A stretch of 58,915 nt of DNA, filler included, from Dugesia japonica (GCA_001938525.1; 6 parts of 6 records of this genome joined end to end with filler, not necessarily neighbours in it), one strand, 5' to 3'; positions 1 through 12,811 are shown, numbered from the whole stretch's first letter. Notes: generated by a model from the letters alone, not told the origin. Program-made: numbers and translations.

Positions 1-739
1 ATGATGAATACAATATTAAAAGTTTATTATGCATATTCTAAATAATTTTATATTTGAATATTATAAATTTTACATATTAATTCCGCGTTTGTCGAAATGT
101 TCGGCCCTTTAAAGTGCAATGTTAACAATTTCATTTTATTATTTAAGCTCTCCTATTTTGAAATATCATTTCTAATTGTAATCTAAATATTTTGCCATAG
201 TTTTTCCATAAAATCAGTGAAAACGTTAAGCAACCCAATAAATTTAATTTATTTATTGTGTAAGATTGTTTTTAAAAGCGGATTTAATTCTTTTTTGTAT
301 TTTGAAGCGGAATTTATTAAAATCAGATTTATTAAATATTTAATTTAAATCATCAAAATAGTTTGTAAAAAAATTTTTTGATTTTTATGCAATTAACAGT
401 TTAAGGCAAAGGAATTTTAAAATTTATTTTGTTTATAGAAAACAAAATTTTATATTTTAAAATCGTTTAAAGAAAGCGAATTTAAATTTATAATTTGTGT
501 TAAATCTAAAATTTGTAATATTTTATAATTTTTATAATTTTATTGCAATTTANAAAATTATTAAATTTCTGTTTTATTCGAAATTATATTTATTATTGTA
601 TTTTTGTTACGTTATTTATTAAAAAATAAAATAAACTGAATTAGTAACATATTTTTGAATAAACTGATATGTTTTTAGATTTCCATTTTGAATATCAATT
701 TTTTAAATTTTTTTGAAAAAGATAAAACTTTTACGCTTC

Positions 740-1420
740 ACAGAAAAAAACGTGAACAACTATTAATTAAAGAGGATAAACCTGAGATTGACGTGTTTTT
801 CAAAAATTAAAATAATTAAAAATTTTAAAAGAAATTAGTATCAATAAATTAAATTTTAAAAGAATTTTTTAATAAAATAATATTGATAAAAGGTTTTTTT
901 AAAAAAATATGAATTGGAAGAGTGTTTAAAAATTGATAGAAAAAATAACTTTATTTTAGTATTTTAATATTGTGATGGTTTAAAAATTTTAATATTAAAA
1001 TATTTTAATGTGTTAAAATTTTAATATTGCGATATTTTAGTGTTAATAAAATAAATATTTTGAATATTTTAATAATGTAATACATTGGTCTTCAGAGTGG
1101 GTTCCGCAAAAAAAATTTTATACGTATTTTAAAAGCTTTAACAATTTTTTTGTTTAATATTTATTAATATAGTTTTGTTTATAAAATCCGTTATTTTTGA
1201 ATTTTTTATTATTAAGCATGCGTTTACGATTAACAATAATTTCTCTCAATATTGCCAGTTTATGTCAAGATAGGCATGCACACCCAAGCCATTAATTTAA
1301 AAATTAAAATATTTATTTAAGGTTTTTGTTAAATATTGTATAAAAAAAATTAAACTTATATTTTAAAAAGTTAATTAGGGTTCCGCAAAAAAAAATTTGT
1401 AAAAGGGTTCTGCAAGCATA
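740..1420 (+). mobile_element. Degraded hAT (Charlie/Buster-like) 3' remnant
   Basis: About 1245-1295 reads NIASLCQDRHAHPSH*, typical of the Buster/Charlie transposase C-terminus. Repeated GGGTTCCGCAAAAAAA subterminal motifs at about 1099 and 1378. Confidence 0.45.
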
Positions 1421-1837
1421 TATAGTATAATTTAATTTTAAGTATTTAATTTAATTAAAATATTATATAAGGACAATAATAATAATCAAATAACAATAAA
1501 TTCAAATAATAATAGTAAACTCATAATAAATTTAACAAGGAAAAATTCATCGATAATAATCAAATAATAATGATAAATGGTTAATAATAATAAATGGTTA
1601 ATTATGATAATAAATGTGCAATAACAATAATAAAGAAAAGTCTAAATCTTTTATCTAAATTATAATTTAATATATTAATTTTTTTTCAATTCAATTTGTT
1701 TGAAAAAATTATTTTTTTGAGATTTAATTTTAAAATAAAAGAATTATAATTTCATAGACCAATAAAATTTAGATGAAATCTTAAGAATTTTGTAACAAAG
1801 ATTTATTATCGTTTTGAATCTTTCAAAAAGACATCAT

Positions 1838-1988
1838 CATATTCCTGAAGAAGACAAATGTCGAAAATTTGAATTTCTATAAAAATACATTTTATTTTGA
1901 TCGAAGCTTTTTCTTTATTTTAATGAGATCTGAAATGCGATCAATGGTTAAGTCCAACAATTATTCTACCAATAATTCTTGTAATTAT
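1838..1988 (+). mobile_element. Single arm of a Penelope-like pLTR/retrozyme-type repeat with a minimal hammerhead motif
   Basis: ATTC-CTGAAGA-A-GAC AAAT GTC-GAAA-AT-TT-GAAT at 1841-1874, followed by a TTTTGATCGAAGCT...GTCCAACAATTATTCT tail shared with the 19.5 kb and 28 kb copies. Confidence 0.6.
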
Positions 1989-2206
1989 ATAAATTTTTAT
2001 GCTGTGTTTTGGTTTGTCTTGTAATTAAATAAATTTTGGAAATGGAAAGTGGTGATTTCTTAATTGTATCAATGAGTACTCCAAACTCATCTAACAATAT
2101 GAAATGTTAATTGTTATTGAACTTAAAAGATTGAAAGATGTTTTAATTAGAAAATCTGAATTATTCAACACATTAAGCCGCATGTACTTAAAAACTGAAC
2201 ACTTAC

Positions 2207-2687
2207 CGATCATAAATTACTTTTTGCCAGTCTCTTTCCATTGACAAAATTTGCAGAGATGATAAACTTTTATAATTTACAAAGATTGCAGTAATATCTT
2301 TTCGGTGTCTTAATTTCTCAATTAATTTCTCATAATTACCTGAAGTAAAAAATGTTTTCGCCATAATAGTTCTGGTATTAGCGATTTCCTATATTTGTCA
2401 AATGTAAAATGTTTACAATTTAACACCATACTTCACCTATTACTTCCCATCTTAATGTGTTAATGAGTGCCTTAGCTTCGAAAATAGACTGGATTTGTGC
2501 GCCTGGTTTCAAAAATAATTTACCATGACTCCGATCTAACATATTTTTCAACAGAAGTGCTAATGAAAATTTGATTATATACTAGGTTGTAAAATGAGAA
2601 CTTTATGTCCAGATTTAGGAAGAAGATGACAATCAAGATCATGCCTTAATTGATTAAAATCAGCATCTACTTCCTCATTAAATGTAT
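2207..2687 (-). CDS. GTPBP6: HflX-family mitochondrial GTPase (GTPBP6-like), three 5' exons: 2687-2583, 2535-2432, 2388-2207; the gene continues beyond the left edge and the start exon is unresolved
   Basis: Splicing two GT-AG introns (47 and 43 bp) gives LLPKSGHKVLILQP-NRSHGKLFLKPGAQIQSIFEAKALINTLRWEVIGE-EIANTRTIMAKTFFTSGNYEKLIEKLRHRKDITAIFVNYKSLSSLQILSMERDWQKVIYDR. This matches the HflX/GTPBP6 N-terminal pattern EAxALVxTL...FGxGN...VFxN...W...xDR. Not present in the ORF track. Confidence 0.8.
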
Positions 2688-3919
2688 CTGAAACATCAAA
2701 ATTAAAAATTAAATAAGAATTTAAATATCTTTTACCAATCCAATAAAATCACTTCAAAATTTCAGTAAAATCATATATTAAATCATATATTAAAATCATA
2801 TATATCTATTGTAAGAAAAATTTTATTATTTAAAATATTTCATAAACGCACAAATTGGAAAAATTGTTTCAAGTGTAACTTTATTAATTTTGTAAGAAAA
2901 AATTAAATGATTATTTCATCACATTCCAATAATATTAAACATTTAAAAAATCATAATTATAAATAATCAAAAGTCACACCAAAATTAGGTATATTATGAT
3001 TACTAAATTCGTTTTTACCAACAAAACATTTTTTATTTCAAAAAATATTTTAACAAGCAAAGATCAAAGTTGCTGTTCTTTTATTTTCAAAAATTCGGTA
3101 TAGCCTTATTCAGAAACTATTTTTCAAAAAATTCTTATTGAAAATTTTGACATAAAAACCGATTTTAAATAAATCTGAGTAAAATCAATTTTCATTGGTT
3201 TTTAATTGTAATATAAAATTAAATGAACATTTTCTCGGTTAATTACTGATAATATTATGATTACATCAAAAAACGACAATTTTAAAAAAAATATATAAAA
3301 TTCCACAATATTTTAAACTATGAAAATGTTTTGTTTAATTTATAAAAAAATTGTCTACGATAAGTAATTTAATTTATAGGATTTTTTATAGTCCATTATA
3401 TAAACATATGTAAATATTATTAGTTAAAGCAATATTATTCACATAATCTCGAAACAAATTTTATTAAAACGAATTGTTCATTTTAATGAAATTTTGTGTG
3501 CGACCTTATGAAAAGCAATTTTTATTGTTGCAGTACTCAGATACAAAAAATGTTCCCATACCTGTGTTAAACTTTTGTTTCATTTCAATCTGCAAAAAAT
3601 TGTCAAATTTTCAAATTTTCTTTTTTCGAACCCGTCCTCAAATAAATATTGTAATTTTGTAATTATTGTAATATTAATTTAAGTTAACAATTATTAAATA
3701 GTATTATTTCATTTTATTATTTTAAACAAATTTTAATTATTTATTGTTAATTTTATCAATTAAAATAAAAATTCCAATATTAAACCTGAATAATCTATAG
3801 AAATTGTAAATATAGTTTGAGACAGTTTAATTTTTTGACAGTTTAATTTAATCATTTAATTTAATTAAATAAAGGTAGAAAATGTAAAAATTGGAAAATT
3901 AAATACACCTGATTCAGTT

Positions 3920-3965
3920 TTTACGAGATATATACGTTCCGCGGCAACTCGCGTAAAAAATTAAG

Positions 3966-3966
<1 letters not shown>
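3920..3966 (+). mobile_element. Possible Helitron 3' end remnant
   Basis: GC hairpin CCGCGGCAACTCGCG followed about 10 nt later by TTAAGT (a degenerate CTAG|T); it sits next to a (TA)n(GA)n tract. Confidence 0.3.
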
Positions 3967-3968
<2 letters not shown>

Positions 3969-4013
<45 letters not shown>

Positions 4014-4025
4014 TAGATATATATA
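3969..4025. repeat. (TA)n(GA)n microsatellite
   Basis: Seen directly. Confidence 0.95.
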
Positions 4026-4721
4026 CTGTGTTTCCCCGAAAATCAGACCCAATCTTACATTAATTTTACAACTAAAAAACGTAAGTGTTTATATTCGGCA
4101 AAGATTATAAAATTACCGAGAGGAAATCTAAAAACACAAAACAAGTTTCAAAGTTTTTATCGAAAAATGCTAATTATTTAATAAAGCATACAAAAAATAA
4201 ACAACATTAAAATATCAATTCATTAATATATAATATATAATTAATATAATTAATATAATTAATATAATTAATATAATTAATATAATTAATATAATTAATA
4301 TAATTAATACAATTAATATCATTAATATAATTAATAATTAAAATATCAATTCATTAATATATAATATATAATTAATATATTTAATATAATTAATACAATT
4401 AATATAATTAATATAATTAATGTAATTAATATAATTAATATAATTAATATAATTAATATAATTAATATAATTAATACAATTAATATCATTAATATAATTA
4501 ATANNNNNNNNNNNNNNNNNNNNNNNNNNNNTATTCCAACACAATCAATATATCCTCTTCTGAAATGTCGTCATACTATAAAATCCTACTCCCCATAGGT
4601 GCGCGGTGCTATTTTTACCCGAGGGTTTATTTTCATGGTAGGCCTCATATTAAAACAATTATTAAGAATCGTAGCAGGGATTATTTTCGGAGCGTGTCTT
4701 AATTTTTTTGGGGAAACACAG
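4026..4721. mobile_element. Non-autonomous Tc1/mariner-superfamily (Tc2/pogo-like) element containing a 9-bp AT tandem array
   Basis: TIRs CTGTGTTTCCCCGAAAATCAGAC ... GTCTTAATTTTTTTGGGGAAACACAG, with TA at the left flank. Internal (ATTAATATA)n array at about 4206-4503 with a duplicated block of about 130 bp. Confidence 0.65.
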
Positions 4722-5073
4722 CACGTATGAATTTATGCATGCAATTAAAATTTCTAACCATCGAATTCTGTTGACAAAGTTCGAAATGAATTTATTAATC
4801 TATTTTTCACAAGTCTTGATTTCAACAGGAATCCAAAAAACCTGATTTTTAGAGCAGCGTGCATTTGTGTCTTAATAAAATTTAAAAAAATACAATAAAA
4901 TAAAATTTCAACTTTAAAACAACCAATTTTATGTCATACAAAATGTTTCTTTAAAATGATATTTTCAATATGAAAAAATTTAAAGTTTTGAAATATTTAT
5001 TACGAAAACAGCTCAACAGAAAATTATAAATGAAACAATACAAGTTCAACAAAACGAAAAATATATTGATTTG

Positions 5074-6770
5074 CTAATCAAATCCAGTATTAAATCTTTG
5101 AGTTTCACCTAACCAACGCCGTTCTGTATTATTAGATTGGGACGTATATCTAAGAAAGTTTCGAAACAATCTACGATTACCACGATCATAATTTCGATAA
5201 TTGTTTATATTGAAATTATTATTCGTCATATTTCTATTAACTCCACTGTTATAATAATCCATCGATCGATTTCCATCAGAGTAGTAATAATTGATATCTT
5301 GGGCTTCATCATTATTATAAATATACTCATCGTATTTTCTATTAAAATAATACAACTGACAGTCATCATTTGTGTAATTTTCACCAATACTAAATATTGA
5401 ATAATTTGAATTGTAAGCATTATTTTCTGGTCGATTATACTGAACATTCATTGTGTTTTTAATTTTATTACTTTCTATCTCAAATACACAATTCTTTTCT
5501 TCATTCTTATCAACTGAAATACTCTTGGAAATTTCAATGTTTACAAAATTATGTGGTTTTTGAATTTCTTCGGGATTCGATTTCTTTAAAATGACTGATC
5601 GATTTTCCAATGAATTCTCTGGACAATTATCGATATTGACCAAATTTAAAGAGTCGTGGATTTTTGTAGAGGATTCAATATTTTCCCGACTATCAAATTC
5701 ATCATTAAGAACATCTGAAAAATCTAAAATCGATTGTGGAATTAATTCTTCTTCCGGTGTATCACTTTCTTCAGTAATATGTTCTGGATTAGATTTTGTA
5801 GTTTTATTTGTTGAATTGCAGATGATATGATTTTTATTTACAATTTTATTTGGTAAAGGTATATTTTCTAGAACTACTTCACTACAATTACTATCGATTG
5901 GATTTTCAACAGACAAATAAACATATGGCTTTTTCAAATTCATTATTTTAATTGAAGGCTTAGGCTTCGAATATAAAGTGCGATTACATAACATATCATC
6001 ATCAATGCTTGATTCAATTTCTTTATCGGGAACATCAATTTTTAAAAAACTATTCAATCTCTTCTGAAAATCAAGAAGGAAACTTTCCTGAAGATTAGAA
6101 ATGGTTTTATTTCCTCCTAAACTATTCATATATTCCGGTAGAACCTCAAAACACAAATGTTCAAATGGATTATTTGTGTTAACCGTTACGTTTTTATTAC
6201 CAATATTGCTCAATATATGTTGTCGTATTTCAGCGAAATCAGAAATGAAATTATCGGTTATTTTCAGGGAAATTTCGTTATATAAACACTGATTAACCTC
6301 ACTAGTAACACAATCATTCCATTCTTCAACAACATCAAAGTCATTGAAATCAATTTCTTCAATTTGTAAAGATTGCGTATTTTCATCGAGTGCGCTTTCT
6401 TTAATATCGTCATTAAATTGAAAGGTTTCTAATGAATCTTTACTATTAACAAAAGTTTCTATTTCACTTTCAGATTTAGAAAATGTTCCACAGATTATTT
6501 TCGAATCGAAATGTTGAAGATATTCATCCAATTCTTTAAATTTGTTTTCAATACCTTTTTGAGATGATCTGAAATATTAATTTTGTGTAAGTAGAGAAAT
6601 ANNNNNNNNTTCCGTAAAAATGAAATACTTAATTCTTGATTTAAACAAGGTGATAGCAACACGGTGTCTATGATCCGTTTTAAATACGTCTTCTCTAGAT
6701 TTACTCAAAAACCAAAATTAATTACATGTACTAGAGCTTTTAAAGCGAGCAGTTCTCCATTATCAGATCT
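5074..6770 (-). CDS. Hypothetical protein: large acidic, Asn-rich terminal exon (6568-5074) plus a probable upstream exon (about 6770-6629)
   Basis: The 485-aa ORF stays open back to a TTTCAG acceptor at 6569. The upstream exon (DNGELLALKALVHVINFGFLSKSREDVFKTDHRHRVAITLFKSRIK) ends in phase at a GTATTT donor. No domain recognised. Confidence 0.65.
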
Positions 6771-7199
6771 TGTGTGGTAGTAGGTAGATAGTGGTGCATA
6801 TCACCACATAAAATTTATCACCAATCGAGCCAACCCCGTCGACGATCGAAAAAGTGGTGATAAATTTTTAAAAATAAATTAAAAGTGGTGTTTAATTTTT
6901 CCTGTGTATTTTAGTTGAGAAAATTTTTATTTAAAAATAAATTTAAAGTGGTGATTTTCAGTGTAGAATACTGGGAGTGTATTCAACACTTTTTTACGAT
7001 ATTTCTAAATTACCTTAGTGTGCTAGTGTATTTTTAACTGATCACAAGTAATTAGTGCTACTAAGACAATATTTACAAATTTAACAATTCTTATCTAGGG
7101 GTAGAAATTAAGTTTTTACCGAGTTATATAGCGTTTTATCTGCCTAAATAGGTGTAATGGACAATCCGGAATTGATGAAAAATAGATTTTATTTATCGA

Positions 7200-7500
7200 G
7201 ATATGGTTACAGTGACAAAATCTACCTTAAAAGGAAAAAATTTTAAATTAAGAGGACATTTTTCTGGATATCAAACTATGACTCAACTAAAAATCACCAA
7301 TTTTTTACAGCTGGTATCGAAAAGCTTCATAATAGATGGCAACGATGTATCAATAGTGAAGGAAGCTATTTTGATTTTATGAGAGATGACATTGAATTTC
7401 TCTTTCCTAATAAATCCAAAAAAATTTGTATAAATAAATTGTAAACTTCGTCTTTGCTTGTTTTTAATAACTCTGCAAAAACTTAGTCTTCAATTCTATA
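7200..7500 (+). mobile_element. Mariner transposase C-terminal remnant
   Basis: LKGKNF ... STKNHQFFTAGIEKLHNRWQRCINSEGSYF, the canonical mariner C-terminus. Confidence 0.75.
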
Positions 7501-7889
7501 TATTTCTTAGCGTATAACTTATTTTCAATATTTTAATAAATATTAGAATAAATTTGGCTTCATTTCCTTGATATTTCTATTAATCTGTTATGGATAAATG
7601 TAAAAGAATATACTTAATTTTTGAATAAAAAGAACAACATTTCAATGATTATAATTAATGTATATGAATTTAATTAATGTATATGAATATAATCCAATAA
7701 TAGTGTGACCATTCAAACACAGTATTGATATGCGCATCAAGATCGTTTTGAGTACTATGTGAATTTTGAAATAAGATTTCGCCTTTAAAATAATCATTTA
7801 GTNNNNNNNNNNNNNNNNNNNNNNNNNNNNNNNNNNNNNNNNNNNNNNNNNNNNNNNNNNNNNNNNNNNNNNNNNNNNNNNNNNNNNAC

Positions 7890-8225
7890 TCACTAGGAAA
7901 AATCTGTTTATAAGTGAAAAGATAATAAGAGTAACAATGTAAATACCCGCTAATTCGCTTTTTGAAGAATTTAAGAACCAGATAGAAAAAATCTTAGATA
8001 TTAACAGGAACTGCAACTAAAGGATTGGAGAAACTTTAGCTCATTTAGTAAAAGAAATAGTAAAATTTATGTCAAAATGTTATTACTTTTCATTGCAACT
8101 GAGCAAACCAAAATAAATAACAGCTATAGCACAATTAAAAATTCGCATAATGATGGGGCTTGACATTTTTTTGAAAAACTTTCTAAAATTCTTCCATTGA
8201 AGCACAATAGTAGAAAAATTCATTC
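7890..8225 (-). CDS. Possible hydrophobic exons, perhaps the 5' part of the 5-6.8 kb gene
   Basis: MNFSTIVLQWKNFRKFFKKMSSPIIMRIFNCAIAVIYFGLLSCNE and QFLLISKIFSIWFLNSSKSELAGIYIVTLIIFSLINRFFL, each ending at a GT donor-like site. Linkage is not established. Confidence 0.25.
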
Positions 8226-8779
8226 AGTTTTTAAAATTTCTGTAATTTATAAAGATATAAAAAAGTTATTTTTAATAACTACCTAGGAATCTTCGTTTTG
8301 AGCATTATGGAGAACGGATTTTTTTAATTTTTGGCTTCATTGTAATTCAATATATTTTTCATCAAGAATCTGTGAAAAAATTATCGATTTTCAACATGTA
8401 ATTTCAATTTTAACAAAATTAATTAATTTTTTAAATCAGTTGCCCAGCAACGTAAGTTATTAGAATTTCCTTTATTTCCAATCGACAACGCACAGCTTAA
8501 CTACACAATAAAAGCTTATTGAAAGAAAAAATAGGCAATGTATGAAAATATTTATCAATTATAAGTGTAAGATTGGCTAAATGGGGCGTTATATTGTAAA
8601 AAATTTAATAAAACAATTTCATTATAAAACACTAGATCGACAATATGAATATGGTGTGCGTTGTTTGTGGGAAAATATGATACGTAGAAAATGAAAACAA
8701 TCATTTATCCGACATTTTCAATATACCGAAATGAGATGTGCTTAAGTAACGATAAAAAAGCTTAAATGATTTGTGGTTA

Positions 8780-10050
8780 TTTCACCGAAAGTTAAAGGAT
8801 TTATTTTATCGCAATGCAAATGTTACGAATAACTAGAAAATAAAAATTGGTTTATCATTCTTGAATTTCTCTCTAACGTAACGGCAAAGTTTATCGAAAT
8901 ATAAAATTAGAGAAAATCCATTGATGCATATGTAAAACAATATATTAATTAAATTCATTCTATCCTCAGCTATCGTTATTTAAATTACATTTGATAAAAT
9001 CTTATCATATTTTTGTGGCAAAAAATGGAATTTTGGAATAAAAATTCCAGATAAATTATTTAAGTTTTATTCCCAAGAATTGAGGATTTTGTGATATTAT
9101 AGCTTGTTATATTTTTTTTTAATATTCGTTAAATATTAGTGAAAGTAATGTACTTGCTACAATTCTTAAATATGTCCAACTTAGCATCTGGAATTGATGT
9201 AATAAATTCTTAAACCAATTCAATTTTGAAAACATAATAAGGTGATAAAAAGTTTTAGAACTAAGGGGCCGTCGCTAAAGTACCTCCCGTTCAGGAGGGG
9301 AGGAGGGAGTCTAAGAAAGTGTTACAGTTTGTGACACCGGGGAGAGAGGATAAAGATCATATGTGACGACACATGTTTTAATTTTTTTATAATACATATA
9401 TAACCTGAATACACAAAAAACCTGAAAAAGACAGTGATGTTTAACTTTCCTTGTGATTGACGTATTCTGACAGAATCTATTATTAGAGTATAGTGTTTTA
9501 GATTTAATTTAAATGAGTAGTTAATTTTTGAAATAATTTTTTAGTTCCAGAGTGTGACGTACTTTCAAGGAGGTTCAGAGATTTTTGTGAATGACTGTGA
9601 TAAAGGGGGAGGGGTAAAATTGTAAAAAAAATAGCGTAACATACTTTATGTACGTTCCCTAAGTCGATAAAAGCAATTCTATTTCCGAACATGTACGCTA
9701 AAAATTTATACTCAATAGGTAACTCCGATTACATTTAGAATTATGATAAATCTGCAGAAGAATCACTGGGCGAAATTTCTGTCAAATTTATATGTAAAAT
9801 ATTTGAAAACATTTATCAAGAAGCGCTTGCAGTAAAAAAATAACAAGGGAATTAAACGATATACTTCAGGATGCTATCAAATTTATAATTATAAAACCGT
9901 ACTTTCAACAACTGTCTATTTTGAAATCTTTGTAAAGAAATGGACTCTGAATACAAAAGTTTGTTATTATATGCAAAAGTAAGATGGATTTTAAAAGGGC
10001 GATGTATAAGAATATTATTGCTATTAAAAAATGAAATAGCAATTTTTTAA
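8780..10050 (+). mobile_element. Fragmented hAT transposase remnants (GTF2IRD2/Buster-like) with a MITE in the middle
   Basis: 9810-10050 reads IYQEALAVKK...LNDILQDAIKF...LCKEMDSEYKSLLLYAKVRW..G (compare IHREALA...LLLHTEVRWLS). About 8820-8900 reads LENKNWFIILEFLSNVTAK. Confidence 0.65.
9265..9659. mobile_element. MITE with GG termini and a TAA TSD (Zator/Harbinger-type)
   Basis: TAA|GGGGCCGTCGCTAAAGTAC ... ATACTTTATGTACGTTCCC|TAA: imperfect 19-bp TIR and 3-bp TWA duplication. Confidence 0.7.
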
Positions 10051-10539
10051 TAAAAACTCCTAAACGCTATTTAAATATATGTCCTATTACAATATTTAGG
10101 TCGTTTAAAAGTTCTTATACATTAAAATTTCTGATTATGTTATCAGTATATATAATTTGAAAAATTTGTACAAAAACTTAAAAGATTATTGTAATTTCAA
10201 AAAAATATCTAAATTTTATCAAAATTTAATAATAAACTAGGTATATGTCACACATCTAAAATGAATACGGTCTGTAAATGAAGCTTTAGTAGTCTAAAAT
10301 TTCGATAATGGGAAATAAAATAAATTAGTTAGACTGAAATCATTTATTACGAAAATAGAATTAATTCACGATAAAGTGGAAACATAACAAAACAAAGGCT
10401 TCCCTGTTAAGGAAAAAATCAGCAAACAAGAAAATTATGATCATGAAAAATGCGTAGTTGTTTAAAATCTTAGTTAGAGCTATGGAATAATAAGAATTAA
10501 CGTAATCATTGTTACTTCATAAATATTCTAAGCACATAG

Positions 10540-11150
10540 TTATTGTTCAAGTATGATAGATGACAAGGATATTATAACTGGCGACCACATTAGGACTGTG
10601 AATGCGAGATTTGATGCGGAAAGCAATTTTAGATGCGTTACCAAAAAATGCGCAACTTAAATGTCAGACAATATGATGGTAAAGGAGCAGAAGAAGCTTC
10701 AAAATGGTTCATGAATATACAGCAGGAGTTCCCAACCTATGGCCCGCTGGCCAAAAGTGGCCCACTAGGCATAAAAAAGTGGTCCTCATTCTCTCAAATA
10801 ACAAAAAAATATCTATAGGCCCTATAGATTATAGTGTTAAACATTAGCAATTAAGTGCGCAAACTAAAATTTATCTATTCCTATTTCAAAATGAAAATGT
10901 AAATTCTAAACATGTAAAATATACTTTGTTTTTCTTATATATATTACATTTTAAAATTATTTTTAACCTTGTGGCCCTCCAAATTATCCAAATAAATGAA
11001 AGTGGTCCTAAGCCAAAAAAAAGGTTGGGAGCCCCTGATATAGAGGAACTATTATTAACAAATTCAATTTGTTGGATATCTTTGATTTACTATTGTCAGA
11101 TGAAGCAGGAATTATTTGGAAAGAATTCAAAAAGTTTGAGATAAGCAGTA
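10540..11150 (+). mobile_element. Ty3/gypsy 5' fragment: LTR end, PBS and decayed gag interrupted by a hAT MITE
   Basis: ...TTATAAC-TGGCGACCAC PBS at 10579. Then MRDLMRKAILDALP...RQYDGKGAEEASKWFMNI|EELLLTN...FDLLLSDEAGIIWK, similar to the gag at 27.5-27.9 kb. Confidence 0.6.
10723..11037. mobile_element. hAT (Charlie-like) MITE
   Basis: TIRs CAGGAGTTCCCAACCT / AGGTTGGGAGCCCCTG; 8-bp TSD ATATACAG / ATATAGAG. Confidence 0.85.
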
Positions 11151-11700
11151 GCTTCGCCGGGAAGAAAGTTACAAGGATTTTATAAGACAACCAATTGGAT
11201 TCCATAAATCTTGGAATTCCTAAAAATTAACCAATAGAAGGAAGTGGTACGATATGGCTTGATAAATTAAGTCAATGAGAATTGTTAAAATCTCGTATTA
11301 TATTGTTGAGTCAATAGGAAGATTGGATCGCATCAGAGAATAAGTATAAATACCGTAACAATTCTCATGAAAATCATCATAAAAATTTCACTTTCAAGTG
11401 TTAAGATTTCTTAAAACAATATTAAAAGATATGCAACGGTTTCTGCTGACTTAAAAGGAAAATAAATGAATTATTGTAGATAATACTATGGATTTATTGC
11501 TGGTTATGCTCCATGCTCCGGATTATCAATTTCCTCCCATGAGCAATTATGTAACCTATTATATTGCGTAAAATAAACTTGTAGTAATCCGTCAAAAAAT
11601 AATTTTCTAATCTAATGATTTATGATTTCCCCGATTTAAAGTAATACTCTTTTGGAAGTAATCGATTACTCATAACCATAACTCTCGGATTTATTAATGA
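11150..11700 (+). mobile_element. Partial copy related to the TGTTGGGG solo-LTR family
   Basis: CCAAT/TCAAT clusters followed by GTATAAATACCG and ATGCAACG motifs, as at 21.8-22.1 kb. Confidence 0.45.
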
Positions 11701-11734
11701 TAATAATAACATTGACTAAGAGTAATGATGATGA

Positions 11735-11753
11735 TCATAATAATAATAATATT

Positions 11754-11805
<52 letters not shown>

Positions 11806-11810
11806 TTAAT
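11735..11810. repeat. (AAT)n microsatellite running into a gap
   Basis: Seen directly. Confidence 0.95.
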
Positions 11811-11910
11811 NNNNNNNNNNNNNNNNNNNNNNNNNNNNNNNNNNNNNNNNNNNNTTAATTAATTAANNNNNNNNNNNNNNNNNNNNNNNNNNNNNNNNNN
11901 NNNNNNNNNN

Positions 11911-12305
11911 AAAATTCCTTTCCCAAGTCAGTTTGTAAATTATCAGGATGTCCATCGTCAAATATTAACTTGATTGCAGCTTCCATTTAATTTGCAGATT
12001 TTGACTTGACTTGAACAGCTCTCGCAAATCTACTAAACACGTCGATACATTTTAAAATGTACTTTTAACCTTTATTAATTTTTGAATAAGGCATTATTTC
12101 TATCAAATCCATTTGCCTAAAATAGTCAATACCAAATTTTTATACGCTCTTGTTGGAAATCTTTTCAATATTGATTTGTTTAGACTATACTCTAGTTGAC
12201 TCAATGACCACTTTTGCGTCTTGTCTTTCGAATTTTGTGTTGCTTTCCATAGTTTTTTCACTCCTTTGAATCCTGATGGACTTTTTGGTTCTGTCTATAT
12301 CATCT
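11911..12305 (-). pseudogene. Polinton/Maverick (adintovirus-type) rve integrase, degraded
   Basis: EPKSPSGFKGVKKLWK...YSLNKSILKRFPTR...FGID...QMDLIEIMPYSKINKG*KYILKCIDVFSRFARAVQVKSKSA...PDNLQTDLGKEF, with stops and a frameshift; truncated by a gap. Confidence 0.85.
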
Positions 12306-12404
12306 TGGTTTTGTTTATTACAACAATTTGATGCAAATCTTAAATTAATTCTAGGTAATGATTCTAAATTTAACATTGTTTATATCAAATTTTGTATATA
12401 TTGT

Positions 12405-12746
12405 TTATGCAAAATTTGTTAGGCCTAATGCAGCCAATGCAATAGGTAGTAATGCAGCAATAAGGCCACCATGGTGTTTGTATAATATTTTCTTTATTAC
12501 TTTTTTATTCTTGGTATGTACAAGTGTAAGCAATTACCTTTTATGCTTTACCAATGCTTGTTTTCTAACTTTGCTTATAACTACATTACCACGAACTATG
12601 TTAACAATAATCTCTAGTAAATCGTTAACAACTAATGATGGAAATGATTGTAGCATTTTTGCTTTAGACTCTTTTGTAGCCTTGAGTAATAGATGAAAAT
12701 ATGGAAGACTTTGTTGAAATTTCATAATTTTTATTAAATATAACAC
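12405..12746 (-). pseudogene. Polinton/adintovirus PX-like virion protein with a GG cleavage motif and a C-terminal amphipathic helix
   Basis: The ORF reads through one stop: ...DLLEIIVNIVRGNV...KHKR*LLTL...KKILYKHHGG|LIAALLPIALAALGLTNFA*. It lies immediately upstream of the Polinton integrase. Confidence 0.65.
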
Positions 12747-12811
12747 TTAGGTATTTGTTTATAACTATATCCATTTTCCATTTTCTGATAGTTTCTATCC
12801 AAAGCTTTTGG

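Noticed and set aside
4338-4544. (INY)n and poly-L/poly-Y ORFs (also 23839-24069)
   Set aside because: Translations of mini- and microsatellites spanning gaps.
11855-11866. TTAATTAATTAA islands between N runs (also near 20711, 29733, 38791 and 49996)
   Set aside because: An identical 12-mer with stops in all six frames, always flanked by Ns: an assembly gap linker, not biology.
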